A stretch of 64,000 nt of DNA from Mytilus californianus (taxonomy: Eukaryota): assembly GCF_021869535.1 (NCBI RefSeq), contig NW_026262679.1, forward strand, positions 112,034,001 through 112,098,000, in the 5' to 3' direction. Shown in pieces: positions 1-13,299 of this stretch. A model generated the notes under the pieces. It was not told the origin of the DNA. It did no database searches and was given only the letters and a program-made list of their open reading frames with translations. Numbering within the stretch: position 1 is the stretch's first letter; each line of letters begins with the position of its first letter. A program made the translations under genes and the position numbers.

Positions 1-1269
1 AGTGTTTTAAATCTTCGGAGGATTAACAAAAATAGACGAAAAGAGGACTCTACAACAAAAGATCTTTGGTTTACTTTGATGATTATTAAGTTCAAATTGT
101 TATAACCAGTACATCAAGAACAAACCTGGTATCTAATCTGATTATATAGGTACAGTAGACAGTTTTTTTTTAATTCTTTTACAACTTTTGCAAACAATTC
201 CGTCTATCGATAATCTCAAATATTTCTAAAGCTTGAAGACTTAATGGCAGGAGTCAAACACAAATAGAATAGAATAAAACAACTAGCTTATTGTCAGGAA
301 GCTAGCACTGAAAAGAATATTTCCAGTTTGTTTAATCTGATGACAAAGTGCATATATTAAGTCAAATCCTTCTCAATTAGAAAGGCTGGAATCCTTTGGT
401 AATAAAAGATGAAATTGTGAAAAAGGTGTTCTTCCAGAGATAATTTTTTGCCAAGAGTCTTAACTAGTCTCAGTGAAATGTTAACAGTGCATGAATCACA
501 TTACGGGTAGAACGATTGAAGTATCAGTTAAGTGTTGTAATAATTAAAAGATATATTACCATAATATTCTTCAAATATTCCATATCGATCCTATAACAAT
601 GACATTAAAAAGCCACTAAAAAACTGAAACAATTATTACCCAGTGCGATAGTCTGTCCGGGGGTGACCAAAAAAAAAATATTAACAATGTAAAAATTCAA
701 GAACTAATTACATTGCAACATGTGCAGTAATACTATTGCAAATTATTTTCATCGGACACGGATTTGCATGGACTCAGTGAGTCGCAATATATATACAGTT
801 CAAGCGAAAGCCACAGTAGAAAAAAGTATACCAAGCGGACATTTGGTAATGCACAACCTTTTATAAATGTTTGTCCTCTCAATTTGTAATAGTTATGAAG
901 TGAGATCTGACAGAGCCATACAATCAAAGGTACTCCAATGCAATAAGTACCAAGTATCTGACTGCTTTTTCACAAGAACCCCTCAATCTTAATAGTTAGG
1001 ACAACAAAAATAATATATTTTATGATATATTTTATGGACTAATATTCCAGCAGCACTATTGGGCAATGAATTATTGAAATCTTAAATGTGGTGCTATTTA
1101 AGAGCTGTATTTCTTGTTAAGATTCAATAGCTTCGTAAAAGGAAGACATGTTTTTGATTTGAATAAAAACGCTGATTTTTCATAACTATCGTATCAATTA
1201 TGGAAATATATCTGTCCCTCTTGAATAGAACCTCTATTTTAAGTTCAAATTTCACGCTCTTCATCCTGG

Positions 1270-1590
1270 TTGGCGCTAGGTCCCTATTTATATTTAATCC
1301 CATCTGGTTACTTTATTAGTGGTGACCTGAACATTGTCATCAACACTTCTCTGCGATATATGTGAACCAAAAAGACCGAAATATCATGAAACTGAATTCA
1401 TAAGTTGGAAATACAACTTTAAAATACTAAAGGATGGAGTTGAGAATGATTATACAAGGCATTGGCTAGACTCGAAAAGGAAAACATATATACTCTTTCC
1501 GAATGGGTTATGGCTGTCAGGCGTTAGGTACAAATTAGGATGAAAATAAAATAAATGGATCTATGAACACTCATCTTATACTTATTTTAA
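1270..1590 (+). pseudogene. Penelope-like (Naiad-type, family 2) linker/RT N-terminal fragment, frameshifted
   Basis: Stitched frames read FNPSGYFISGDLNIVINTSLR..KRPKYHE..ISWKYNFKILKDGVE..LSEWVMAVRR.VQIR..NGSMNTH. This parallels GHVITRDLNIV..KGPKYRP at 4290-4375 and IQIKIKQLNGSMETH in ORF 63667-63882. Confidence 0.6.
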
Positions 1591-1964
1591 ATATCAAAAT
1601 GTTGTTAAGCACCTGTCTGGCTTATTTGCATATGTATTATTGTTCGAGAAGATAAAGTAAAAAAAAAGTACATTTTTTGTAAAAATCACATTAAACAAAC
1701 TGCTTGATAACGAGTTTGGTATTGGCAAACCACTCAACACATACTTCCATGACACTAACAAAAGAGAAAATCATGAACAATCATAGGTTTGTTTTATGTT
1801 CCTTTGGAATTTCAATCAAAAGATGAAGAACTTGATCTTCATTCACTCTACTGAATATAAACCCTAGGTAAGTATAATAAGTGTCCTAGCACACAACGTT
1901 TTACTGCTAGGTCTATCAAGAGCTATAAGAAACCTCTTTCGACGGAAAGTTCCAATTGTCGTAA

Positions 1965-2275
1965 CTTCTATCCCGTCCAATTTTCCCCGAATGTGACCAA
2001 CCGAATTAGACTTATCATCGGCTTTGTAATTACATGAGCATCACGACGGGTGCCACATGAGGAGCAGGATCTGCTCACCCTTCTTGAGCACCTGAGATTA
2101 CCCCCAAATTTTGGTAGGGTTCGTGTTGCTCAGTCTATAGTTTTCTATTTTGTGGTTGTATACTGTGTTTCATTTGATATTTTTCTTTGTTTTTTTGCCA
2201 TGGCGTTGTCAACCTATTTTCGACTTTTGCGTTTGAATGTCCCTTTCGTATCTTTGGCCTCTCTTTCAAAATTAT
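1965..2275 (+). repeat. Family-2 PLE 3'-terminal repeat copy
   Basis: Same sequence (cccgaatgtgacc..gggtgccacatg..ggatctgctcaccctt..gagcacctgag..ggttcgtgttgctcagtc) directly follows an RT C-terminus at 24075-24470 and also occurs at 13620-13765 and inverted at 24540-24905 and 62700-62830. Confidence 0.75.
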
Positions 2276-2324
2276 TAACACCAATTGTATAAGTAATTAT
2301 TGTAGGGCTTTAGGATTACTGTTA

Positions 2325-2510
2325 AATAAAGGCAACAGTAGTATACCGCTATTCGAAATTCATAAAACGATTGAGAAAAAAACAAATCCGGGTTACATAT
2401 TAAAACTCAGGGAAACACATCAAATATAAGAGGAGAACAACGACATAACAGAAACTCAACACTAAAATGCAACACACACAGAAACGAACTATAATATAAC
2501 AATAGCCATT
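2325..2510 (-). mobile_element. Non-autonomous HINE/Helentron-like repeat, 3' portion
   Basis: Reverse complement of 18560-18743 and 40215-40400. The end carries an imperfect palindrome (agcggtatactactgtt) followed by a T-rich tail. The family assignment is an inference. Confidence 0.55.
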
Positions 2511-3179
2511 TACCACCTACTCTAGAGTACTACGAGGTCGTTACTATAAAAATCAAAATATCTGCTAGAGTACACACCTCTAGAGTTAGAGTTAAGCCTC
2601 TTTCCTTTTACAACAGTAATAAGACATTTGACTTGTCTACCCATGACACGTGTATTCCCAATTCTATCCTAGACGATTGCAAAAATAATAGTCCTTCTTT
2701 GTTTCATTAAAAAAAATGACCAAGATAGATATATTTGCCTCATAACGTCAATCCACCTAACAAAGGAGCTACTGAACCTATGGTTTATAATGATGATATC
2801 ATCTCTTCAAAACTTTAACACGAAATATGGCATTAGTTGAATAGGAATAGTTTTCCTTCTGGAAAACTTGGGTACACTTCTGTTTTTTCTAAATTGTTCA
2901 ACTTTTTGTTCACTGAGTTGCGTAGTGTTTACAACTGTATTATATTCTTCTATAAACGTTGTATTAAAAGTTATACATCTGAAGAATATTAATCGACCAT
3001 AAAGAAAATATATAACGAAAATGTAGAAAATCTTGAGAGATCAGGGAGAAGTTTTTAAAATGACTTTATCCTTATTTTCTTTTACTCTTTTAAACTACAT
3101 TGTCTGAATAATAACAACAGATTTTGTCAACACAGATATCAGATTATCAATGGCCGTTGAGCGGTTCCAAAGATGTAGT

Positions 3180-5170
3180 TAAGAATTTATAGTATCTCAT
3201 AAAAGCAAACTCAACAAAAACGCACGTGGATATCCACAAATATTCCCGTGCAATGCCAGAAAATAACAAACCTGCTCCAGATTATTTTCAGATAATACCG
3301 TTCGATCATCAGTGAACGGAAGAACTTTTCTCTCTCCTTTTCATGTGACATTACTTGAAAACCAAAAGCCTCATATATCTTGTAACATGAACACAACGGA
3401 AATGTAGTATTTGATATGAAGGGCAAACTGGACTTGAATTTTTCAAACGAACACGAAAACATCTATACGGCTTCCGCAGACCTAAGAAATGTAAAAGTTT
3501 AATTTACCAACATTTTGAAAAACACAAACACAATATTAAATTTATAAAATTCCAAACACTTCAAACCATCCATAAACAACCAGGACAATAACACACAGTT
3601 TGAAGATTTCCGTAAAATTTGCAAACAGTCTTGGATTAAACGACTAAAGTCAGCGTATCCCCTAGTTCAAAATGACAATATCATCGACCAAAGGAACATA
3701 TCTTAAACTTCCTCTATTGCTATCAGGACTATTGTTGATAAAAGACAACGCACTTATAGGTCTAATGGCAATCGCATTAACCACAATCAACGAAATAAAC
3801 ATCGTTCTAATTTTACACTTGATGATTTTTTTAATTTATATTTAAAAACAATGGTAGACGTCAATTATCATGCAAACTGGTCAAATGCCAATTAGTAAAT
3901 TACATCATATTAAGACTAGTGTGATACAATATCATTTTTCAATCCAAAATATGAGTGTACACGCAATATTACAGCTTTTTGTCACCATTGACTGTTCCCT
4001 CAAATTGACAAACCTGAAGATCATAAAAAGTTTTTTTTTCTAAAAATAAATACATTAATAGCGGTATTGATTTGATTAAATTGTCTAGTATTTTTCATGA
4101 CTCTACCGTTCAAAACTTTATACCTCCATATTTTGAGAGCATTGAGCCACCTATAATTTCTTATTCGTATAAAAAACATAGTAGAAGTTTAATTTTCAAT
4201 TATACGTCAGTTACATCAGACGTCAGTAAAGAAAATAATGCTCCTTCAACATGAGACTGAAACATCGGAGTTTAGATATGATCCCTATGGCCATGTAATT
4301 ACAAGGGACCTCAACATCGTTCAAGACCGAGTGGTAATAAACTCTCTGAAAAAAGGACCAAAATATCGTCCATCGTCGAAAATAAATTGGGAAGAGTGTA
4401 AAAAATTCTTTGGATGTTTTAGATAAATTACGTGCTTTGATGGTCCTTTTGAATTGGTAGATAGTTTTGACTTTTCCACACGTTTTACTACACTTCCACA
4501 CAATCTTATCAAACAAAAGTTTTCTTATTTAAATAAATGGTCGATTGATAAATCTGATTGCAAATTTATTTGCTGCAACTCATATAAAGCCGAGGAAGGT
4601 AAATACATAAGATATACTTACTGGAGGTGTGATGAGATGATTAAAGCCCTAGATTTTCTCCTGGACAACATTTATGTACGTTTCGGAAATAAAGTTTATC
4701 GACAGGTTGTAGGTATTCCTATGGGCACCAAGTGTGCCCCTTTAATAGCAGACTTGTTCCTATACTGTTATGAATCGCAGTTTATGGCCAAACTCAGTAA
4801 AGAACCGTCTAAATTTCATTTGATTTTATAAATTCAACAATACTTACCGTTATCTTGATGATATTTCCCTTTTTGGACGGTGATGTTCCTTTCGCCTTAC
4901 GGTGTTTATATACCCCATCTCGTTCGTTATGCCCGTGTCTGTAGTGACGTTTTGGATTTCAATGTGCGTTATCTATGTATTACTATTAAATTATTATGTC
5001 AGGGATTTCGATACCACAAATTACTTAAAACCTTTACTAAATTCTTCCATAGATACAAATGTTTGGTTTGCACGTTTGGTTGTACCTGTAGAAAACTTAT
5101 TTCAAACGGAATAGCACATCCTCAATTGTACGGTGATGTTGTTAACCGAGCCCGGAAATTTAGATACGGT
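3180..5170 (+). mobile_element. Naiad-type Penelope-like retroelement copy A (N-terminal GIY-YIG endonuclease, CxC linker, RT), decayed and internally deleted
   Basis: EN: C(3249)NARK*QTC..DIT*KTKSLIYLVT*TQRKCSI*YEGQTG..KRTRKH..LIYQHFEKHKH..WIKRLKSAYPL. Linker: PPIISYSY..NAPST*D..YDPYGHVITRDL..KGPKYRP. RT: DSFDFSTRFTTLPH..YRQVVGIPMGTKCAPLIADLFLYCYE, then YGVYIPHLVRYAR. EN-before-RT order is the Naiad/Chlamys architecture. Confidence 0.9.
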
Positions 5171-5179
5171 ATGGGGTTT

Positions 5180-5292
5180 TTCTCATTGACTAAGGCCGTA
5201 CGATTGCCTATAATTGCTTGCATCCACTTCATTTGAACTTTGGTGGATAGTTGCCTCATTGGGAATCATACCACATCTCCTTATTTTTATAT
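5180..5292 (+). repeat. 3'-terminal segment of the family-1 Naiad-associated repeat
   Basis: Ends gttgcctcattgggaatcataccacatctccttattttta, the same terminus as copy B at 20066-20110. Confidence 0.65.
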
Positions 5293-5443
5293 CAAATTAC
5301 CTGCTGTACTTGAAACCTTAAATTGAATTCTTGAATTCAGAAAGATTTTTACCCTTTTTTACATTATTTTAATATTCTAAATAAAAAAAATCAGTTTGGT
5401 TGTAACAAGTTACATGACTAATCCTATAAACATAGTTTGAATA

Positions 5444-6714
5444 TGTTACAGGCATTTTCTAAATTTAGGCATTTTCTAAAATGCCTAAAGTTGACAGGAG
5501 TTTTATAAAATGAATAAAAATACCTAGTCATTTTATAAAATGCCTGAAATGTGTAATGAAAATTCAACAAATTGCCTGTTCAGTTTCAGGCAAATTGTAT
5601 AAATATGAAATACACGAAATAGATGAGAAAAATATTTTGTAAAGTAAAGAAATATTGAGTAAAATAAAGATTATTCTTTAAAATAAAATGTAACCTGCAG
5701 GTAAATTTTGAGGTTTTGATAGTTATAATGTCTATAACTAAAACTCCATATAGAAACACTACTTTGCTCTGTTTGTCAGAGGGTCATTTAATGACCTTCT
5801 CTTTACAATGACAGAATGGCACATTATTCTTACAACAAAACAAAGATTTTCAAAAACCAATTAATTGAAAATGTTGATTGTAATCAAAACAGGGAAAAAT
5901 ATGAAACTATTTTGAACAAAATCAAGATTGGAATAATAGAACATCCTTTGAATTATTGACATATGCAAAGGTATGTGCATTTATGCTGTCAAGGTGTAAT
6001 TTTGTTTTACAGTTTACAAACATTAGTAAATAATAAATCCTGGGAGCCTGAATCGCTCACCTAACAAATATGAAAAATACAAATGGGATGCACTCAAGGA
6101 ATATTTTTATGAAAAGGTCAAAGACAATAAGGACAATATCATATATAATGAGTACGTTGACGACTTCTATAATAAGATCTTGTATAGCGAATCTCTTTAT
6201 TATGTTCCCTCAAAATCCGTTCTGAATATGCATGAAATATTTGCCACTGGACGTTTAGCATGCAACAATCAATCGACGATGCATTGAGGCTTATTGTTTT
6301 GCTCCGGTTTTTTCTTCTGATTATTATTTTCAAGTCACCTAATCGGGAAAAATTTGGACAATTTTGTAACAGTCGTTGTCATCCAAACATTGCATGTAGT
6401 AATACATAATTGTCAACTTCAGTGCTTGTGTTAACTGTAAATAAACTTTACCTGTTAAAAATTGCATGCTATTCAAAAATGAAATAAACTGGTCTGTTTT
6501 ATATTTACAGTCGTTCTATTTTTGTGTTCATTTCATTCTGTTTTATATTTTCAGGCAATTTGTAAAATGCCTAACAATTTATTTAGGCATTTTATAGATT
6601 GCCTGAAAAAAATAGTCAATTTATATAATGCCTAAATCGCACAGGCATTTTAGAAAATGCCTCAAAATTTCAGTCATTTTACAAAATGCCTAAATTTAGA
6701 AAATGCTTGTAACA
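5444..6714. mobile_element. Non-autonomous TIR DNA transposon with TGT..ACA ends (Ginger-like or foldback MITE)
   Basis: 32-bp TIR TGTTACAgGCATTTTCTAAATTTAGGCATTTT at 5444 matches the reverse complement ending at 6714 with 1 mismatch. Repeated subterminal palindromes AGGCATTTT.TAAAATGCCT occur at both ends. Flanks are AATA and ATTA. No ORF. Confidence 0.75.
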
Positions 6715-7550
6715 ATTATATATAGGCGACAGTTGTTTACCGATGTTCCAATCTCAATATTCATTTAAGAAAAGACAGATAAAGATACAAAAGAAAAACT
6801 GCGGGAATCCTTTGAACTCAAAAAGGACCTAGACCGGTTGCTTCGACAGGGGTATCGTCTCATGCCATGTACGCATCACCATACATTCAAATCCACACTC
6901 AGTCAAAATATCACAATCTGGAATAGGACACAATCGGTGAAATAACTGTACAGACGACTATTCTGATCTATGACCGATAAAACGTATGACTAGTGAGTTG
7001 AGACACTGACACAGCGTATCGGATATCCAAATAGTGTTGTTCACCGTAAACCAATCTTATGTAATATCGAATTCGGTCCTTCTATTTTCAAGACTCTTTT
7101 GGAAAAAAGTAAAAATACTGAACTCCAAAGAAAATTCAAAACGGAAAGTCCCTTAACAAATGGCAAAATCAAAAGCTCAAGCACATCAAACGGATGAAAA
7201 ACAACTGTCATATTTCTAACTTGGTACCGTCATTTTTTTATGTAGAAAATGGTGGATTAAACCTGGTTTTATAGCTAGTTAAACCTCTCAATTGTGTGAC
7301 AGTCGAATAGAATTCCATTATTTTGACAACAATGTGTGAGCAAAAAAAAAAAAAAAAACAGACATTATAGGTAAAAATGTCAAAAATTGTGGTACAGGTT
7401 TTTTTTTGTAAGAAGTAACATTCCTGTTAACGAAATCAGTAAAGTGCGAAGATGCATGAGCGAAATTTATTAACAGAGATCACTCCCAATTTTTAGATTA
7501 TCCCTTTGATATCTTTCACTTCTCTCTTATGTAAACGCCGTGTGGCGGAG

Positions 7551-7831
7551 CAGTAGGTATGTACAATTGGAAAGTTAAAATCATAACGATAGTGATAGAA
7601 TCTTGTTGGAAATCGTCCATGTTGGAAGTCGTCTATCTGTGTCATAATAGAGGAAAAGATCAAGACATCTAGTATCCTTAACATTAAGTTCACTAGAATA
7701 CATTGGATGTAAGCACTCATTAAAATGTGGGTTATTGTATGACAGGATATCACCAATTTATCTGAAAGGGATATTATAGGTCTTTAAAAGATGCTGTTTC
7801 TTTTTAACTTTCCAATTGTACATACCTACTG
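7551..7831. repeat. Perfect 30-bp inverted repeat bracketing a minus-strand PLE RT remnant
   Basis: 7551-7580 cagtaggtatgtacaattggaaagttaaaa is the exact reverse complement of 7802-7831. The minus strand encodes RYDFNFPIV (the DKRDDFNFPIV motif). Confidence 0.85.
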
Positions 7832-7940
7832 TCGTATATATAAACCGAAAAGATAAACACTCAGATGTACTGAATCAGAAAATAGAAGCTGTGAAGATAG
7901 TAGCAAAACATAATGATTTTTCATGGGCAAGATACTCGTA

Positions 7941-7966
7941 ATATATATATATATATATATATATAT
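7941..7966. repeat. (AT)n microsatellite
   Basis: Uninterrupted AT dinucleotide run. Confidence 0.95.
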
Positions 7967-9913
7967 TGCCCTACAAATGTACAAAGGGAAGCAACTTTTC
8001 TTAAGCTAAAAGTGTAACACAATAAAAATGTCATGAACACACAAAATGTTTGACCAATTGTTGAAGACCATGCTGTGACCTGAAACTGTTCGCATTATTT
8101 ATTGTCATTTAGTCTTTAATTAATTCTCGTCATCAATCATGCTAAATCTTCATATTCTCTAATTATTTTTATTGTTCATGTTTGCAAGAAATTTAATTAC
8201 TAATATTTGGCGGAGGTAACTAAATACGTTTATTGCAAGGAATTGAATAATGAATATTTGGCGGAGTTAACTTAAGGAAAAAACACTTTGAACTGATTTT
8301 CAAACTCATAAGCCATGGTGAGAAATGAATGAAACATGCATACCACATCTTCTTATTTCTAATTAGTGAGGGAATCACATAACTCAAAAAGTAGCAAAAC
8401 ACAGTGTGTTAACAAGGAAAGCGTTTCTTACTATGTATGCGTTTTTGTGGTATATTTACTACATTTCTTATTTCCTTTTTGATGACGAATGGTTCTATAA
8501 TCCTAGAATATTGTTGCTTTTTGATACAAATATAATTATTAGTTCATATTCCTCTAACCACGATTGTGTAACTCAATGTGCTTGATGATATAATATATTA
8601 CTTTCTTCACTTCATCATATCAATTTAAACACTCTTTTAAATGCAAAGTAGTGGCTGCATCAACATGTTTGCTTCAGGATACAAAAAAAAAAAAAATCAA
8701 CAACTGCCACTTGAAGAATTTATAAAATTGAAAGATCGGGAATATCATTAATACATTGCAATACAATAAGACATGTTTATCTGGTTCCACAGGGGGTAAT
8801 GACAAAGATTTTATAATAATTCAGTTTTATTAACATATAAAAACAATACAGTACAGGGTTGAAATATTCAAGATACAATGTATATCACGTTACCGGGTTT
8901 TGTTTGAGACCTTGGTTTGTCTCTTCCTGATAGATTTACGGGATTTGAACATCGGTTAATATTTGCTGTCGCCTTAATGTAATAATATACATTTATGTTC
9001 TCACACAAACTAAGTATCTAAACCATTATATCGAGAAAATGACATCTTTCCCGAGGTCCTCATGACCGAATCAAAATAATCTTATCAAAGTTTGATATTT
9101 CTCGATACTTAATTTTGAAAAAACTGATGTAATAGTATACAATAACATTGTTGTAATATCGGATAGTAACTTTTTATGAAGAACATAATTGTATCATTGT
9201 ATTGAACTAAATAACTAGCTTTTTATTCGACCTGAAATAACGTGCCAAATTCAAAAAGATTATAATTTTACATACTCAAGCGAGTATAATTCACAAGTGT
9301 TACCTTTATTAATTGCATATTCCAAACAGTTATGTTTCATTCCAACAAGTTGCAAAGGTTTTGTTTCTTGATTGAAAGAAAACATGCTGTGAAGTCTTTT
9401 ATATTTATTAGTAATCCCCCATAAAGTAAAATTATAGTATGATTGCTTATCTGAATGGAACACAAAAGACGGTTCCGAAGAGTCATTCAAGTAAGATTAT
9501 CCCATATCTTAACAGCAAAGTAAGCAGGTCAAGTGATAAATATGGGTTGTTTGGTTGGTTGATATGCTGAAGCAAACACTAGGGGGCTATGCTTAAGAGT
9601 GACTCAAGAACGATTATTCCCGTGTCTTTACCAGCGAAGCAGGCAGATTTAGTAATAAAGATGGTTCATTTAGTTTGTTGCTAAACTGTAGGAGCAGTAC
9701 ATAGGAATCGTAGTGATATGATGCTCCCCTTGTCTAAACCATGAAAGCAAGCAGTTCCTTAAAATCAAATAGTATAGCTAATAGCCAATAAAGTCTAAGA
9801 TGTTGAGGAATATCCTATCATCAACAGCAAGCGATATGTCGAAATCTATTTTTTTTTATAGATTCTTATACATGTTAAATGCTTTTTATTTGGCCTTTTT
9901 TACTTTTTGATTT

Positions 9914-9958
9914 GAGCGTCACTCATAATTCTTTTGTAGACGAAACGCGCGTCTGCTG
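9914..9958 (+). ncRNA. Decayed type I hammerhead motif (family 1)
   Basis: gagcgtca-CTCATAAT-tcttttgtaga-CGAAAC-gcgc-GTC-tgctg. The CUGAUGA box is mutated; the rest is intact. Confidence 0.65.
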
Positions 9959-12900
9959 TACACAATTTTAATCCTGGTATCTATAATGAGTTCATTAATT
10001 ATCAACATAAGAGATAGGTAATTATCAAATCCAAAATTTACCATACATTTTTAGCAGTAGGAAATTTCCCTTTTGAACATTTTTCATCTGTTCTTCTCAT
10101 TGTTTCAAAAATCATCGTTTTTCATTGCTTTTTATTTTGGATCTTAAAAATTTCTTATCTCTGAATCCAGTAAAAAACGAACATTGTGTGTTGAATACGT
10201 TGAGGATATGCATACGGTGAGTATTTGCCTTGGTTGTATAATAACATAGTTAATTTATAATCACTCTGAAGTAAAGAAAATTAATCCTGGTATCATTGGT
10301 AACACAATGAACAGTTAAAAATAAAAACAAATTCTACATAAGAAAATGCTTGTACCAAGTCAGGAATATGACAGTTGTTATTCATTCGTTTGATGTGTTT
10401 GAGCTCTTGATTTTGCCATTTGATTACGGTCTTTCCGTTTTGAATTTTCCTCTGAGTTCGGTATTTTTTGTTATTTTACTTTTTGTCAATAAATATTAAA
10501 GTCGGTTCCTGTATAAGTGAACATTCTTTATATATCATCATAACATTTTTATGAATATAGTAAACTCCAAGTTCATAATTTTCAATGTTTCGCTGTCGTG
10601 GCTTGGCCGCGCATGCTTCGTTTCTTGCTTTTTTCTGAAAGAATCGAATGTGCAGACAACCAATTGTAAATGTTACTGGAATGTGTTTTTCTCATTGCAT
10701 ATTTTACAATATCATTTTCTATTCGCAATCCATACAACAATATAGCAGTTTATATTTTATAAGTGTAACGTTAAAAGATCGGCTTATATCACATAAATGA
10801 TATAGAAAGCATACCTATATCAGTTATCTTTCTTTACACGTTTGTCTGTTTTATACATTCCGCCGAATAAAGGTATGTATAACATAAGTATAAAGAATGA
10901 AGAACAAATGATAAAGACCTTATTACGCGACAAATGAACAATCATTGTTAACGTGGAAGATCATTTATCAACATATATTTTACAGAAACAACATATTTCA
11001 ATATTTATTCATTAACATGGTCACTTGTCATAACCAGTATCCCATATCTTGTTTAAAACCCACAACTTTGTTGCTATGTTAAATTTGCAGACTTAATTTC
11101 GGATAGGAAAGTGTTTCCGTATTTATTAAGACTTATTTATACAAATTTTCCGTCTTTATCATTACCAAAATCATTTTGTCATCCCTTTTGTAATATGTTT
11201 CACGAAGGCAAATAAGAAATCTTCAATTTAAATTTGAGTACCTATGCATCTTCATTGAACTTTGACCACCCTTCCAACATAAAAGAAAAACACAATGTCC
11301 ATAGTACGGTCAAGGTGTTGATATATTGTATCTCAATATATTTAGGATTTAGGTGAATTTCTTTGAATACTATAGATATGATTGCGATGAAGAAATGTAT
11401 CCATTCGGACTTGACGAGTTCTGTAGTAAGCATACCACTAGACGATACAATGTAAGCATACAGCTATAGATCTACCAATCAATCAATGACTACTGTTGAA
11501 ACATTAAGAATTAATTTCTTATTATAAAAGCTAGTCAAAACAAAATGTGTAAAACATTGACACATTCTTAAGGAGTACAATAGTATATTTGGTCCAATAA
11601 AATAAGTACCGTTAATTGTTATTAAGTCCTTTTTTACCGTAAAAAGATGTTAATGAACTCTATGCATGCTATACACAAACTATTTTATTTTGGAAATGCA
11701 AGCATTCTTAAAATACAGTTTATATCTTTTTGTTGTTTCGATTACTTTTTATTTAACAGTTATTTTAAAGATAACTGCTTTTCCTGGATTTGTGTTGTCT
11801 ATTATCTAAACATTTTCTTAGATCTCTGAGCAGGATGCGAAGGAGAGCATTGAGATGTCAAAAACACTAGTTTCGCCATGCTATAAATGCAGGTGCCCGT
11901 CCAAAATTCAGGGGCCACGTTAGTGGTTGTGTTTTATCATTTCTTGTTTTTTGTGGTATTTGGAAAAACTGTCAGCTCTTTGAAAGTTTCTATTTAATGT
12001 TTTTAAAGATTTTAACCTCATAAAGATTTAGAGCTCAAACTAATGTTGATAGAAAAGTCTATTGTTGAACACTGTATGTTGACCTCTATTTGTCTTTCGA
12101 TTATCTATGCTGTTAGCTTGCGGTCAGATTGACGATTATTCATATGTTTTTTTTTATTCAGATTTGTGAATGTATAGGGATAGATAAACAATTTGAAAGG
12201 ATAATTGAAATTAAAAAAAAAAATAATATGACATAAAATCACACAAATAGAAATTGTAACACTTTATCTGACCTCGTGATACAAAAGCAAATGTATCGAA
12301 TAATATAGAAATTTATATTAAATAATTAGACAATACGTATGCCAAAGAAAATAGACTGTCAGTACGATTGGCAATTTACGAGAATGGTAGAGAATTCTGC
12401 CGAAAGTACAGCTACACAAGATCTTTTATCAAAATAGTATAAAATAATTCAAGTAAGTACTCACTTCGAAAGTAATTATTCATATTCATTGTTGTGTCAA
12501 TTTTGACATATTCTAAAAGAATTTGATACCGACTATAAAAATAAATTCCATGATTGTAGTCTCAACACATGTTAAAATGAACTCTAATTTCAACAGTATC
12601 TAATCATTTTAAGTAGATTTAAGAACTTCAAGAATTTCAAGAAGGACAGCAATATATATTCCGTATCATCGATCATCTTCCAAGCTTTATGTAATTATAA
12701 ATTATATTTTATCATAATTGCATATATTGATTGTACAAAATACTATTAGTTACATGGAATTTACATATGGAATTTACTGACCCCATACATATCGTATTAG
12801 TTCACTAGCACACCGTGAAACGAATTTATCTTACCGGCTATCTTCACATGTGGTATTTAGACTAGCGGCCTATCAAAGTGAGTTAGTCTTCAATACTTAG

Positions 12901-13299
12901 TATTTAGAACATATTTCCATTTGTCTATACAAAAAACAAATGCCAACAATAACAACTTGAAAGCTTTAAATTTGTTTATGAATTTATTTCAATCGTTCAT
13001 TATCAATTTCTTCGTCTGTTGAAACCTTTCAGATTTCTTTTTTGTTTTGAAAGGGAAGTAACTCCTTACTAACCCCATATGGTAACTAACCCCATATTTT
13101 TTAGGACACCCTATATCAAATATATGTAGTAACCACGTGTAGTCCTTTAACCAATCATATCCCCAGAAATCCTATAGGAGGTAAGATAAAACTACAGTAA
13201 TATCATAAAACAAAAACAATATCCGCCCATTGAGTTGGCTGATGCTTCACATATTTACAAAAATATTCAAATTTATATGAACGTATTGACTGACATTAT

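Noticed and set aside
3412-3414. TGA before YEG as an additional Sec site
   Set aside because: This column is usually Gln or Lys rather than Cys in GIY-YIG domains and could be a CGA-to-TGA decay, so it is not counted as evidence.
9500-9870. Relatively GC-rich island that might be an exon
   Set aside because: Stops occurred in the frames I examined and I could recognise no motif; probably an old repeat.
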